This document shows positions 18,736-29,581 of a stretch of DNA of 64,000 bases, piece after piece; within the stretch, counting starts at the first letter, position 1; each line of letters opens with the position of its first letter. The translations under genes and the position numbers were made by a program. The notes below the pieces were generated by a model. The model saw only the letters and a list, made by a program, of their open reading frames with translations. It did no database searches and had not been told where the DNA came from. Origin of the DNA: Bacillota bacterium (lineage in GTDB: Bacteria > Bacillota > Clostridia > Lachnospirales > Lachnospiraceae); NCBI GenBank assembly GCA_023410275.1, contig JAEYPZ010000059.1, forward strand, positions 20,137-84,136, written 5' to 3'.

Positions 18736-20328
18736 ATGGGTGTAATGATGATGATAACTTTTCTGCCATTAAATAAAAAAATCCAGGCGGAGCAGGGAAT
18801 AAGCCTGCAGGAAATGGCTCAAACTTCAGGAATTGATACGGGCGGAATATGTAACGGAAGAAAAACCTGCGGTAAATGCAAGGTCCTTGTAAGCAAGGGA
18901 AATGACAGAAGGTTCCTGGCAGAGGAGGAGCAGTTTCTGACAGAGGAAGAAAAGGCCAGAGGAATAAGGCTGGCCTGCTGCTTTTATCCAAAGGAGGATT
19001 CCTGTGTAATATTAGAAAGGGTAAATGCCGGTACTACTGCGGCTTCCGGGAAGAACCTGCCCGTGCCGGATGCATTGAAAGGGGCTTCCTATGGAGTGGC
19101 ATTGGATATTGGAACCACCAACATAGAAGCTGCCCTTTATGACAGGCAGCGGAAGGTGCTGCTGCAAAGCAAAGGGCTGCCAAATCCCCAGAGAATGTAT
19201 GGAGGGGATGTGGTATCCCGTATTACCTTTGCCCTTGAGGATGACAGGAATGCGCAAAAGCTTCAAAAGCTGGTAAAGGATGCTGCCAATACTCTTATAA
19301 AGGAGCTTGCCGCAGGGCAGGGAATATCGCCCTTTCAGATAGATAAGGTGGTAATGGCAGGGAATACGACCATGACGAACCTCTTGCTCGGCCGTTCCTT
19401 AAAAGACCTTGCCAGGGCTCCCTTTCAGAGTGAAACCTATAGCGGTATCCGGTTGAATCCGGGGGAAGCAGGACTTACCATGCATCCGGGAGGACATGCC
19501 TATGTTCTGCCCGGTATCAGCGGCCATGTGGGTGGAGATGCCCTGGCCTGTATCTTAAGTACAGAGCTTTACAAAGAGCAAAAAAAAGTACTTCTTATGG
19601 ATATCGGTACCAACGGAGAGCTTGTTCTCTGTGACGGTAACAGGCTCATAACCTGTTCGGCGGCAGCAGGGCCTGCTTTTGAAGGAGGGAATATTTCCTG
19701 CGGCATGAGAGCGGAGGAGGGAGCCATAACCTCGGCTGAATACCGTGAGGGACAGCTGACAGTGCATTTTATCGGAGAAGAAAACAAAGAAGCCTCTCCG
19801 GCGGGTATATGCGGTTCGGGGCTTATTGACTGTATCTGCGAGCTTTACCGTAATGGTAAGATTGATGAAACCGGAAGGCTTCTTGGAAGGGCCGGAGAAG
19901 AGAACCTATACCGGTTATGGGAAAAGAAGGGCGTGGAGGTTTCCATTACCCAAAAGGATATCAGGGAATTCCAGCTGGCACTGGGGGCCATAAGGGCAGG
20001 AACAGCCATACTGCTGGAAAAGGCAGGCTTACAGGCTGAGAACCTGGATAAAATATACCTTGCAGGTAATTTCGGTGGAAAACTTTCTGTAAAAAAGGCG
20101 ATTGAAGTGGGTCTGCTGCCCTTTGTTGGGGAAGATAGGGTCGAATATATCGGAAATGGTGTAATAACCGGTGGTGCAAAGGTTCTTCTGGAGGATATGT
20201 CCATGGAAGAAGCGGAAGATATAAGCCAAAGGGCAGAGCATATAGAACTGGCTCTGCAGCCATCCTTTGAAGAGGAGTTTATCAAGGCAATGTCATTTCC
20301 TCCAAGGGTGCCGCTGGATTTTGAATAA
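18736..20328 (+). CDS. ASKHA/RACo-type ATP-dependent corrinoid activator with N-terminal 2Fe-2S domain (DUF4445)
   Basis: CNGRKTCGKC...RLAC, DIGTT, NPQ..YGGDV.SRI, DIGTNGE, AAGPAFEG, GICGSG; exact start uncertain. Confidence 0.88.
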   Translation: MGVMMMITFLPLNKKIQAEQGISLQEMAQTSGIDTGGICNGRKTCGKCKVLVSKGNDRRFLAEEEQFLTEEEKARGIRLACCFYPKEDSCVILERVNAGTTAASGKNLPVPDALKGASYGVALDIGTTNIEAALYDRQRKVLLQSKGLPNPQRMYGGDVVSRITFALEDDRNAQKLQKLVKDAANTLIKELAAGQGISPFQIDKVVMAGNTTMTNLLLGRSLKDLARAPFQSETYSGIRLNPGEAGLTMHPGGHAYVLPGISGHVGGDALACILSTELYKEQKKVLLMDIGTNGELVLCDGNRLITCSAAAGPAFEGGNISCGMRAEEGAITSAEYREGQLTVHFIGEENKEASPAGICGSGLIDCICELYRNGKIDETGRLLGRAGEENLYRLWEKKGVEVSITQKDIREFQLALGAIRAGTAILLEKAGLQAENLDKIYLAGNFGGKLSVKKAIEVGLLPFVGEDRVEYIGNGVITGGAKVLLEDMSMEEAEDISQRAEHIELALQPSFEEEFIKAMSFPPRVPLDFE

Positions 20329-20598
20329 ATAAGAAGTTCCATAACTTTTCTTTCTGCACATATTTTAAAACGGTGCCATAATGGAAAGCTACGGAACTTT
20401 TTTCTGTATTTATTCTGATTTGTTAATCTGCTTTTATTGCATGACAAAGGTTCTGACAATTCAGCAATCAGCTTTAACAGCAACCCTATGAATGGCATGA
20501 ATACTGAAAGCGTGCCATTCATAGGGTAATTATTAAAAAAGAGTACCTATTAAAAGAATACCTATTTAAAAAATAGGACCTTTTAACAAAAGGACCTA

Positions 20599-21141
20599 TT
20601 AATAACGTTCGTAGCTCTTCATAAGGGTATTTAATACCTTGTAAGCAGGTTTAAACAGGAAGAGGGCTACAAAAAAATTACTGATACCGTGAATCAGGTC
20701 AAAGACTATGCCGCTAACCCAATAGGCAAAGGCACTGCTTAATCCGCCGTTTATACCGCCGCTTGCAAACCCTATAAAGAAGTTTATCAGTGCAAACAGC
20801 GCTCCAAAGCTTAAGCCGAAAGCCCCTGAAACCAGAGCCCAGGTAAGGGAGGGTAAATCGGCAGGATTATTTTTTCGGCAAAGAAGCCTTCCAACAAGAT
20901 AAAGAAGAAACCATACGTATAAGTAACCGATAAACCAGATTCCAAAGCCGTAAAAAACTCCTTCCAGCAGGACAAATACTGCAATAATAAAGAGAGTTTT
21001 TTTCTTAAGCACACAGGTATATACCAGAATCAGAAGGGATACCAGCTCAATATTAGGGATACCCTGCAAAATATATTGCAGGGCAAAGAGTATGGAACTT
21101 AGCAAGCCGATCAGGGTAATATTTTTGACGTTGGTGTGCAT
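20599..21141 (-). CDS. ECF transporter S-component, CbrT-like (cobalamin uptake)
   Basis: Multi-TM, IPNIELVS motif, FDLIHG; downstream of a cobalamin riboswitch. Confidence 0.75.
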   Translation of the reverse strand: MHTNVKNITLIGLLSSILFALQYILQGIPNIELVSLLILVYTCVLKKKTLFIIAVFVLLEGVFYGFGIWFIGYLYVWFLLYLVGRLLCRKNNPADLPSLTWALVSGAFGLSFGALFALINFFIGFASGGINGGLSSAFAYWVSGIVFDLIHGISNFFVALFLFKPAYKVLNTLMKSYERY

Positions 21142-21142
21142 A

Positions 21143-21547
21143 TTAATAGCCGGTTGTCAGGGTGATTTCAAAGTGGTCTCCATCAGCGATGGGAGTGGTA
21201 TCAACTCCTGTATTGACAGCTTCGCCGCCTTTGGTAAAGCACCACCATTCTTTTTTGTCATCATTAGCGGTAACACCGTCAACGGCCTTTACAAATAAGC
21301 CGGTCTTGGTCTCTTCTCCGGAAATTAATTTCTTCTCTTCCAAAGCCTGCCTCAAGTACTCGGCATCCGTATTGATGTCGAAGGATTTGCTGGTTCCATC
21401 CCCCAGAACGACTTCCGCAACAATATGCTTTGAGCCTTCGGCAGTGTCTGGCTTAAAGACATTGTATAAAACAGCCATGGCGGCAATTACTATTACAAAA
21501 ATAATAACGCCGATAATTGATTTTTTCATGGTTTTTTTGTTTCCCAT
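21143..21547 (-). CDS. DUF4430 (transcobalamin-like) membrane-anchored protein
   Basis: N-terminal TM, GLFVKAVDG, WW.F..GG...GVD..I.DGD; start set at MGNKK after an AGAGGAG RBS. Confidence 0.8.
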   Translation of the reverse strand: MGNKKTMKKSIIGVIIFVIVIAAMAVLYNVFKPDTAEGSKHIVAEVVLGDGTSKSFDINTDAEYLRQALEEKKLISGEETKTGLFVKAVDGVTANDDKKEWWCFTKGGEAVNTGVDTTPIADGDHFEITLTTGY

Positions 21548-21682
21548 AGAATTCTCCTCTTTCATAAATGTATTCTGTTCCAAAATAAGAGCACAAAAAA
21601 ATCCCTTTACGTGATAAAGGGAGAGAAGAGCAGCACAAAAAAGTACCTTTTCTTCCATCCTCCGTGGAACTTAGGCGTTACG

Positions 21683-21878
21683 GATAGTAAGCAGGTATTC
21701 TGGCTCATGAATCCACATCTGCTATAAATCTTCCCAGGCCGATAAACCCAGTGATTGTAAAACTGCGGACAGTTTTACGAAAATAGCAGACTCCTCATAT
21801 ACAGCGGCGGGACCGCACAGGAATTTGACCTGTTTCCCTATTATGTCACAACGATTAGATCGTGACCACTTACTATCT
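21683..21878 (-). ncRNA. Cobalamin (B12) riboswitch
   Basis: Minus strand AATAGGGAA.CAGGT.AAATTCCTG.GCGGTCCCGCCGCTGTA...CACTGGG...GGGAAG...GAGCCAGAATACCTGC (B12 box). Confidence 0.92.
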
Positions 21879-22025
21879 TTAAGACTTATAAAGTATATCA
21901 TTGGCAAAGAAGCCTGTCAATTACCCATATTTAACTTTTCCTTGGTAAACTGTAAAAGATATGCTTGAACTTTTTAGATAGATAGATTATTCTTATAGGT
22001 ATAAAAGAACAGAAGGAGAAGCATT

Positions 22026-23087
22026 ATGAGCATTAAAAAACATTCTTTTGGCAGGACTTCTGAGGGAGAAGAAGCCACTCTTTATACATTGATGAATAAA
22101 AAGGGAATGTCAGTCAGTCTGACAGATTATGGTGCCAATATTGTAAATATTATCGTCCCGGACAAGGATGGTAAATATGACGATGTGGTACTTGGCTATG
22201 AAAATGTGAGCGGATATGAAAGCAACAGTCCGGGATATGGTTCCTTTATCGGACGTAATGCCAACCGTATCGGCGGAGCATCCGTCCTGATTAATGAAAA
22301 AACCTACACTCTTGAGAAAAATGACGGAGAGAATAACCTTCACAGCGGTTCCAAGAGCTACAACAAGTTTATGTATGAAACAGAAATCTTTGAGGAAGAG
22401 GATGCGGATTCCGTGGAATTTTCCAGATTAAGTCCCCACATGGAACAGGGTCTGCCGGGAAATCTGGATATTAGTGTAACTTACACCTTAACAGATGATA
22501 ATGAGCTGGTAATTGAATATATGGCGGTTTCTGACAGGGATACCATCTGCAATCTGACAAACCATTCCTATTTTAACCTGAACGGACATGCTTCCGGTTC
22601 TATTTTAAGCCATAAGGTTCAGCTGAAGGCAGACAGCTTTACTCCTACGGATGCGCAGTTAATTCCGACGGGAGAGATAAGAAGTGTGGAAGGCACTCCT
22701 ATGGATTTTCGCAAATTAAAGGCTATCGGAGCGGATATTGAAGCAGATTATGAGCCTCTTAAGCAGGCAGGAGGCTATGACCATAATTATGTATTGAGCA
22801 TTAGCGGCACGGAGGTTGAAAAGGTGGCAGAGCTTGTCAGTGATGAGAGCGGCAGATTAATGGAAGTCTTTACGAACCTGCCGGGACTGCAGCTTTATAC
22901 CGGAAACTTTATCGAGGGAAAGGAAGAAGGAAAGAAGAACTTTGTCTATGGAAAACGTGCAGGCGTATGTTTTGAAACACAGTTTTTCCCGGATTCCTGC
23001 CATAAGCCTGAATTTCCTTCCTGCTTTTTAAAGGCAGGAAATGAATATGATTATGTAACAGTGTATAAATTCGGACTGAAAAAATAA
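22026..23087 (+). CDS. galM: Aldose 1-epimerase (galactose mutarotase)
   Basis: GRNANRI, NNLHSG, NLTNHSYFNL, GYDHNY, CFETQ. Confidence 0.93.
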   Translation: MSIKKHSFGRTSEGEEATLYTLMNKKGMSVSLTDYGANIVNIIVPDKDGKYDDVVLGYENVSGYESNSPGYGSFIGRNANRIGGASVLINEKTYTLEKNDGENNLHSGSKSYNKFMYETEIFEEEDADSVEFSRLSPHMEQGLPGNLDISVTYTLTDDNELVIEYMAVSDRDTICNLTNHSYFNLNGHASGSILSHKVQLKADSFTPTDAQLIPTGEIRSVEGTPMDFRKLKAIGADIEADYEPLKQAGGYDHNYVLSISGTEVEKVAELVSDESGRLMEVFTNLPGLQLYTGNFIEGKEEGKKNFVYGKRAGVCFETQFFPDSCHKPEFPSCFLKAGNEYDYVTVYKFGLKK

Positions 23088-23102
23088 GTTAAAAAAAGAA
23101 TG

Positions 23103-23152
23103 AAAAAAGTGCTTATTCTTTGCAGAATGCAAAAGGTATAAGCACTTTTTTT
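23103..23152. terminator. Bidirectional terminator between galM and upp
   Basis: aaaaaagtgcttat...ataagcacttttttt. Confidence 0.75.
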
Positions 23153-23169
23153 AATTATGCTGTATATAA

Positions 23170-23799
23170 TTATTTCGTACCGTATATTCTGTCGCCGGCA
23201 TCTCCGAGACCGGGAAGGATATAACCATGTTCGTTGAGGCGTTCATCAAGGGAACCGATAAAGATATCCACATCAGGGTGAACCTGTGACAGGCGCTTTA
23301 CACCTTCGGGAGCAGCAATCAGGCATAGGAAGTGGATTTTTGATATTCCTTTTTCCTTTAAAAGAGTGATAGCTGCAGATGCGGAGCCGCCGGTAGCTAA
23401 CATAGGGTCTACTACAAAGATTTCTCTTTCACTGGCATCAACAGGGAGTTTGCAGAAATACTCAACAGGTTCTAAGGTTTCTTCATTGCGGTAGAGGCCA
23501 ATGTGACCTACTTTTGCATTGGGAATAAGATTTAAGATACCGTCAGCCATATGTAGACCGGCTCTTAAGATAGGAACGATACAGAGTTTCTTGCCTTCGA
23601 TTTCTTGGGCAATTGTTTTTACGAGGGGAGTTTCTATTTCTATATCCGTTAAAGGAAGCTCTCTGGTGGCTTCATAGCAGATTAGCATAGCTACTTCCGA
23701 TACCAGATCACGAAATTCCTTCGTAGAAGTATTTTTCCGCCTCATGATACCAATTTTATGCTTAATCAACGGGTGGTCCATAACAACAACTTTAGACAT
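23170..23799 (-). CDS. upp: Uracil phosphoribosyltransferase
   Basis: [27 protein letters not shown]. Confidence 0.97.
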   Translation of the reverse strand: MSKVVVMDHPLIKHKIGIMRRKNTSTKEFRDLVSEVAMLICYEATRELPLTDIEIETPLVKTIAQEIEGKKLCIVPILRAGLHMADGILNLIPNAKVGHIGLYRNEETLEPVEYFCKLPVDASEREIFVVDPMLATGGSASAAITLLKEKGISKIHFLCLIAAPEGVKRLSQVHPDVDIFIGSLDERLNEHGYILPGLGDAGDRIYGTK

Positions 23800-24257
23800 A
23801 ATTCTGCCTCCAAAATTTTATATTTACAAGGTTGTCCAGGAGTAGGGCCTTGTTTGCTCTACCTGCCATTATATCAAATAAAGAGGCTTAAGAAAAGTAG
23901 AAATTTATATTTTATAGCTGGAAATTAGTATAAAGAAGCATTGAAATAGACAGAGGAGAAGCCCGGTAGAGGGGGGAGGGTTACTACCAGGCTTAGTTTT
24001 ATGAAAAAAATTATCTTGTTAGCGTTTTTAAGTAAAACAATTTTAAAATTTTAATTCTTGTAATTTGCTGTTATCTAATTGCTATGATTGTATTATATCG
24101 GACATATATGATTATTGTATGGATGTTTTATGAACAATTTGTGAATATTTGGACTTGTTTATTTCTGGGGATTTTCAGAATTTACCAAGGCTACAATCAG
24201 GGAACTTACAGATACTATTCTAGGAGTGAAACTTTTATCAGGGAGAGGAAGTTATTA

Positions 24258-24710
24258 GTGGCCAGCGTATTTCGTAAATTAATCAGCAGAGAATTCGGAG
24301 AGAATATCTACTATAAGTATTTTTATGTCTGTCAAAGAAGTCTGCAGGAGAAATTTTTTGACAGTGATGAGATATATCAGGATATCTACAGGAGAGTGGA
24401 AAGAAGGGACAAAGGAGATATTAAGAACATGCAGACCCGGTTAAATGAATCTCTGGTGATAGCAGTCCGTATTATAAAGACGTATAGTATATTTGTGGTT
24501 TATGTACTGGCGGCTGTCCTGTACCTGGTTACCCTTGGACTGCATCCCATTGTAACAGCAGCAGGAATCATTCTGATCAGCCTCATCCTGCTTCAGAAAA
24601 CCTATGAATATATTATTAATAAATATTGCTATATCGATGCCCAGATTGTTTTAATCTATAAAAATGTCCTGGATAAACTACTGTTAACAGAGCAGAAGGA
24701 GCCACGGTAA
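24258..24710 (+). CDS. Hypothetical membrane protein
   Basis: Likely GTG start after GGGAGAGG; two C-terminal TM helices. Confidence 0.6.
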   Translation: MASVFRKLISREFGENIYYKYFYVCQRSLQEKFFDSDEIYQDIYRRVERRDKGDIKNMQTRLNESLVIAVRIIKTYSIFVVYVLAAVLYLVTLGLHPIVTAAGIILISLILLQKTYEYIINKYCYIDAQIVLIYKNVLDKLLLTEQKEPR

Positions 24711-24804
24711 AATATTATTGTACGTCTTTCATCCGGACATTGATTCTGTAATAGAGATTATCGTGCTCAAAAGCCGATAAAAGTATCAGGGCAAAAATAC
24801 GAGC

Positions 24805-26319
24805 TTATTTCCCCGAAAATTGTTCCACAAAGGCCGAAGGAGTATAACCGGTGTATTTTTTGAATATCTGGCTGAAGTATCTCGGGTTATTTCCGCAGCC
24901 GACTTTATCGGCAACAAAAGCAACGGCAGTATCCTGCTTTAAAAGAAGGACTTTGGCAGTCTCAATTCTCCTGCGGTTCAGATAATGGGAGAATTTTTCT
25001 CCATTCACTTTTGCGAATATTCTGCTCAGATAATCCACATTCATATGAATTTGTTCCCGGGCTATTTTTTTAAGGGATATATCAGGGTCGGAAAGGTTTT
25101 CTTCCACATAGTGTTTCACCTGGGACACGATGGAGTTCTTATCACTGCTGTCCGAAAGCAGCAGCAGAATCTGTTCTGTAAGGATTTCACGGTATGTCTT
25201 GATATCATCACATACCGATAATTTCTCCAGTAAATCGTAGTATACTGATTTATGAAACAAAGTTTCCGGTAATTTGCGTATTAACTGGGACAGGAGATGA
25301 ATTCCATAATTATGGAGAAGCTCCATATCCTCAATTGGCATAAAGAAGTTTTTTAAGAGCCTTTTTATCTTTTCTTCTTCCTTTGTTCTGTCCATCAAAC
25401 TCAGTAATTGGCCGGTAAGATATTGTATTTTTTCAAAGGACAAGCACGCATTGTATAATTCTCTTACGTGTAAAAGACGGTTAATACTGTAAATTTTAGG
25501 ATACCTCATAAGATTGGAGGTGAGCTGCCCTAACCCTTCCGATAAGGATTCATAGAGCTTACCGGTAAAGGTGATCCGTATTGTCTGGCCGGTGAACCAT
25601 GCGGTCTCACTAAAGCATCGCAGCTTGTCGGAAAGTCCGCTGCTATCCTTTAAAATTACCGCCATGGAATGACTTACATATAAAAAATCAATGATAGGTT
25701 CGGCATCTGCCTTTTTCAAAAGCCCATAAACGGCATCTGCAAACGGGATCAAGAAGTTTTCTTCAACAAAAGTAAAATAAGCGATTAAGTAGCCGGACTT
25801 ATTTTTAACATCTATGTAATGAGAGGCTTCCAGGGGATTTACGGCAGAAACAAAGATATCATACAAAAGAAGCTGCCTGTGATATTCTTCGGCCTGTTCA
25901 CTGAGGCGTTTCTGTTCCCGTTCCAGGGAGCTGTGATTTTTTTTACGCAGAAAATTACTTTTTGCATTTTCTACTGCCGTTATCAATTGCTCTTCACCTG
26001 CGGGCTTTAACAGATAACATCTGACACCTAACTGCAGGGCCTGTTTGGCAAAGTCAAATTCTTTATAGCCGGACAGGATAATAAATTCCACATCTGGATC
26101 CATTTTGCTTATTTTCTCAATAAGTTCCAAGCCGGTGAAGCCCGGCATTTTAATATCAGTCAATACAATATCGGGAGATTCGTCCATAATGGTGTCCATC
26201 ACCTCCACGCCGTTACTACAGCTGGCAACTATTTTAACATCAATGGATTCCCAGTCAATACATTCTACTATGGATTCTCTGATGACTTTTTCATCATCTG
26301 CAACAATCATGGTAAACAT
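24805..26319 (-). CDS. YesN-type response regulator (REC + AraC HTH)
   Basis: VADDE, TDIKMP, YLLKP, YFSQIFKKYTG.TPS. Confidence 0.92.
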   Translation of the reverse strand: MFTMIVADDEKVIRESIVECIDWESIDVKIVASCSNGVEVMDTIMDESPDIVLTDIKMPGFTGLELIEKISKMDPDVEFIILSGYKEFDFAKQALQLGVRCYLLKPAGEEQLITAVENAKSNFLRKKNHSSLEREQKRLSEQAEEYHRQLLLYDIFVSAVNPLEASHYIDVKNKSGYLIAYFTFVEENFLIPFADAVYGLLKKADAEPIIDFLYVSHSMAVILKDSSGLSDKLRCFSETAWFTGQTIRITFTGKLYESLSEGLGQLTSNLMRYPKIYSINRLLHVRELYNACLSFEKIQYLTGQLLSLMDRTKEEEKIKRLLKNFFMPIEDMELLHNYGIHLLSQLIRKLPETLFHKSVYYDLLEKLSVCDDIKTYREILTEQILLLLSDSSDKNSIVSQVKHYVEENLSDPDISLKKIAREQIHMNVDYLSRIFAKVNGEKFSHYLNRRRIETAKVLLLKQDTAVAFVADKVGCGNNPRYFSQIFKKYTGYTPSAFVEQFSGK

Positions 26320-26363
26320 AAGGTTTCTTTCCTCTCAAATTGTATTTTGTACTGTTTTTTTCC

Positions 26364-28112
26364 TTACTCTGTTCTGGCAGGAATATCAAAGAATACGGTT
26401 ACGGAGTTTTTGCCGTTCTTAAACTGCAGCCCATAGGAAGCATCAAATAGCAGTTTTATCCGGCTGTCAATGTTAGTAAGTCCTACTCCGTTTCTTTTTG
26501 CGGCGACCTTCTGCTCTTTTAATAGCTCCAGTATGTCTTCCTTTATTTCCGAACCGTTGTTTTCCACTTCTACATGCAGGAAATCCTGCCTTAATTCTGC
26601 CCGGATTATAATCCGGCAGCCATCAATATTTTCATCCAGCCCATAGATTACAGCGTTTTCGACCAATGGTTGGATGGACATCTTCGGTATTAAAAAAGCC
26701 AGAGTTTCTTCCGGAATTTCCAAGGAAACGGATAAGGTATCCGGAAAACGTATCTTTTGAATCAACAGGTAATTTTCCAGAACCTTTATCTCCTCTTCCA
26801 GAGGAATCAAATCCTGTTTATCCGAAAGACTGCTGCGCAAAAGGCTTCCTAAGGCCTGAACAATGACGGATATATTTTTTTCCCCGCTGCGGTTGGCAAA
26901 CCAATGAATCGTATCCAGGGAATTGTAAAGAAAATGCGGATTAATCTGCTGTTCCAGTGATTTTAACTGGGTCTGGGTCAGGAGAAGTTCTTTTACATAA
27001 TTATCATCGATTACTTTTTTAAAATCAGCTGTCATTTGATCGAAATATTGATTCAATTGGCCAAGTTCGTCTTGTTGATTTTTTTTCGGAAATGGATAGG
27101 GTTCCAGATTACCGGAACGTACCCGCCGCATTTTTTCCAGTAAATAGTTAAATTGCACCGTAATTTCCCGGAATAACAGCCCTGATAGAAAAACAGTAAG
27201 GATTAAGGCTGTAATAATGCGGATAATGTAGGTCGTCTTTGCTTCCTTTACGGAATAAAACAGATCATCATAGGGAACGCCGAGGGTGAGGGACCAGTTT
27301 ACGGACGAGGTCATAATTGGTATCCGGGTCACAAAGTACCTGTTATCTGCAAATTTCTGGATGGAGTAGGTATTGGTTTCATTTTCTAAAGGCGGCGGGA
27401 AAACGGCAATCGATTCAACCAGTTCGGATGGGTAGAGCAGGACATTACCGTCGTGGATATTAATGGTATAGGAGGGAGTTCCCATAACCCTTCTGGCAGC
27501 TTCACGAACAATGCGGTTCAAATTGACCCGGATCATTACAATACCCAGGGGCTCCAGTGAGAGAGCCTTAATTCGCTTTATCTGGCGTACACATAATATA
27601 CTTCCGTCCTTTCTTCCGGATGACAGCCATCCCGGGGACCCATTTTTCTCCCGTGCAAGTTTCTTAGCGGCAGCTATTATTTCCGGACTTTCAGGAGAAG
27701 AATTCTGCCCCCAGACAATTCTGTCACTGGATTCGGGCAGAACAGAGGTAGCAATTACATCCGCATTGAAGTTGGTATATATGACTTTAAGGATTTCCTT
27801 TTGTGCAGCAGAACGGATATTCAGATAAGAGGAGTTATTTAAAATATAAATATTTTTCTGAAGGGTCTGGTTCACTGAAATGGATAATGAGATACCCTCT
27901 GCGGTATCCAGGGCATTTGCTATTTCCTTGGAGAGGTATCCCATGGAGTTGGCAGTCTGTTCATAGATCAGTTTATTGGAATTATTTATTACATGCTGTA
28001 AGCCCGTAATGGATTCCCAGCTTATGACCAGAGAGACCAAAAGGGTAATAAAAATCAATTTATATTTTAAAGGGAGATTTCTGAAACTTAAAAAGGGGGA
28101 ACTTATCTTCAT
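26364..28112 (-). CDS. YesM-type sensor histidine kinase
   Basis: Two TMs, HAMP, QINPHFLYNSL, QPLVENA, GVGLTN. Confidence 0.92.
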   Translation of the reverse strand: MKISSPFLSFRNLPLKYKLIFITLLVSLVISWESITGLQHVINNSNKLIYEQTANSMGYLSKEIANALDTAEGISLSISVNQTLQKNIYILNNSSYLNIRSAAQKEILKVIYTNFNADVIATSVLPESSDRIVWGQNSSPESPEIIAAAKKLAREKNGSPGWLSSGRKDGSILCVRQIKRIKALSLEPLGIVMIRVNLNRIVREAARRVMGTPSYTINIHDGNVLLYPSELVESIAVFPPPLENETNTYSIQKFADNRYFVTRIPIMTSSVNWSLTLGVPYDDLFYSVKEAKTTYIIRIITALILTVFLSGLLFREITVQFNYLLEKMRRVRSGNLEPYPFPKKNQQDELGQLNQYFDQMTADFKKVIDDNYVKELLLTQTQLKSLEQQINPHFLYNSLDTIHWFANRSGEKNISVIVQALGSLLRSSLSDKQDLIPLEEEIKVLENYLLIQKIRFPDTLSVSLEIPEETLAFLIPKMSIQPLVENAVIYGLDENIDGCRIIIRAELRQDFLHVEVENNGSEIKEDILELLKEQKVAAKRNGVGLTNIDSRIKLLFDASYGLQFKNGKNSVTVFFDIPARTE

Positions 28113-28321
28113 ATATTTATCCTTTCAGAGCTTACATATTTAAAAACAGTATATTAATTATTCATAACCGGGTAAAGTCTTTTTTTATAACAGGTCGTTT
28201 TTTTGAACATAAAACAAAGTTTTTTTTATTTCTTTTTATGTATTTTTACGGTATCTTTGTAAAGGTAAACCGATGGGTCTTATCCATATGGAAAATAGGA
28301 AAGAAAGGAATATAAGATTAA

Positions 28322-29443
28322 ATGGCAAATGAATTACAGGTAAAGATCAATCTCTTAGTTGAGAAATTAATGAATCTGGGCGGCGCTGATTATGACAGTG
28401 ATAAAACAACATCGGAAAATGCCAGAAAGACCGGTCTGGTCGCACGTGATTTCGGCATTGAAGAATGGGACTGGCCTCAGGGAGTTGGATTGTATGGCCT
28501 TAATAAACTGCAGCTTCTTCTGGGGCAGAATCAGTACATGGATTTTTTTAAGAATTGGTTTGAAGCTAACATAAAAAAAGGACTTCCCTCTGCTAATATT
28601 AATACAACGGCGCCTTTTCTTACATTAGCAGATCTTCTGGACAAATTTCAAAATGCAGATTATGAAGCTCTTTGTTTGAAAAGAGCAGAATGGTTAATGA
28701 ATGAATTGCCTAAAACAAAAGAGAATGGTTTTGAGCACGTTACCACTTCCATTGGTAACCGGAATGCTTTTGCACGGCATGAAGAACAGTTATGGATTGA
28801 TACGCTGTTTATGGCGGTGCTCTTCTTAAATAAAATGGGGCATAAATATAACCGGAAAGACTGGATTGAAGAATCGATCCATCAGGTACTGTTACATATT
28901 AAATATCTGTACGATAAAAAAGCCGGCTTATTCTATCATGGCTGGACCTTTAAAGAAAATAATAATTTTGGTGAAGTATTCTGGTGCCGTGGAAACTCCT
29001 GGTTTACTTTTGGTATTGTAGATTTTATTGAGGCCTTTCACGGAGATATGGACGCAGGTTTAAGGAGGTATCTGGAAGATACGTTCAAAGCACAGGTTAA
29101 CAGCCTGCTGGCTTTACAAGGGGATAGCGGGCTTTGGCATACGGTTCTGGATGACGAAACAAGCTACGGGGAAGTATCCGGTACGGCGGCTATAGCTACC
29201 GGTATATTAAAGGGAATAAAGCTTGGAATTCTTGATGCCTCCTGCAAAATAAAAGCCGATAAGGCAATAGAAGCAATATGCAGGAACATCGGCAGTGACG
29301 GCACCGTATTAAATGTGTCCGCCGGAACCGGAATCGGAATGGATAAAGAGCATTATAAAAATATTATGATCGCTCCTATGGCATATGGACAATCCTTGGC
29401 TTTGGTGGCACTTTGCGAGGCATTGGAGCAGAGCTTTAAATAA
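28322..29443 (+). CDS. GH105 unsaturated rhamnogalacturonyl hydrolase
   Basis: WDWPQGV, WIDTLFM, GLFYHGW, WCRGNSW, PMAYGQ. Confidence 0.88.
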   Translation: MANELQVKINLLVEKLMNLGGADYDSDKTTSENARKTGLVARDFGIEEWDWPQGVGLYGLNKLQLLLGQNQYMDFFKNWFEANIKKGLPSANINTTAPFLTLADLLDKFQNADYEALCLKRAEWLMNELPKTKENGFEHVTTSIGNRNAFARHEEQLWIDTLFMAVLFLNKMGHKYNRKDWIEESIHQVLLHIKYLYDKKAGLFYHGWTFKENNNFGEVFWCRGNSWFTFGIVDFIEAFHGDMDAGLRRYLEDTFKAQVNSLLALQGDSGLWHTVLDDETSYGEVSGTAAIATGILKGIKLGILDASCKIKADKAIEAICRNIGSDGTVLNVSAGTGIGMDKEHYKNIMIAPMAYGQSLALVALCEALEQSFK

Positions 29444-29581
29444 GGTACAATTCTTTCTCCGTACCTTAAGTTTCAGGAATCAGGTAATTGTAAAACAGGA
29501 TTATTGATTTTTCAATAATATATTTTTTAACGGGGTAAAGCCATTGTGCTTATACCTTATTTTATCAGAGGAGGATCAGTT

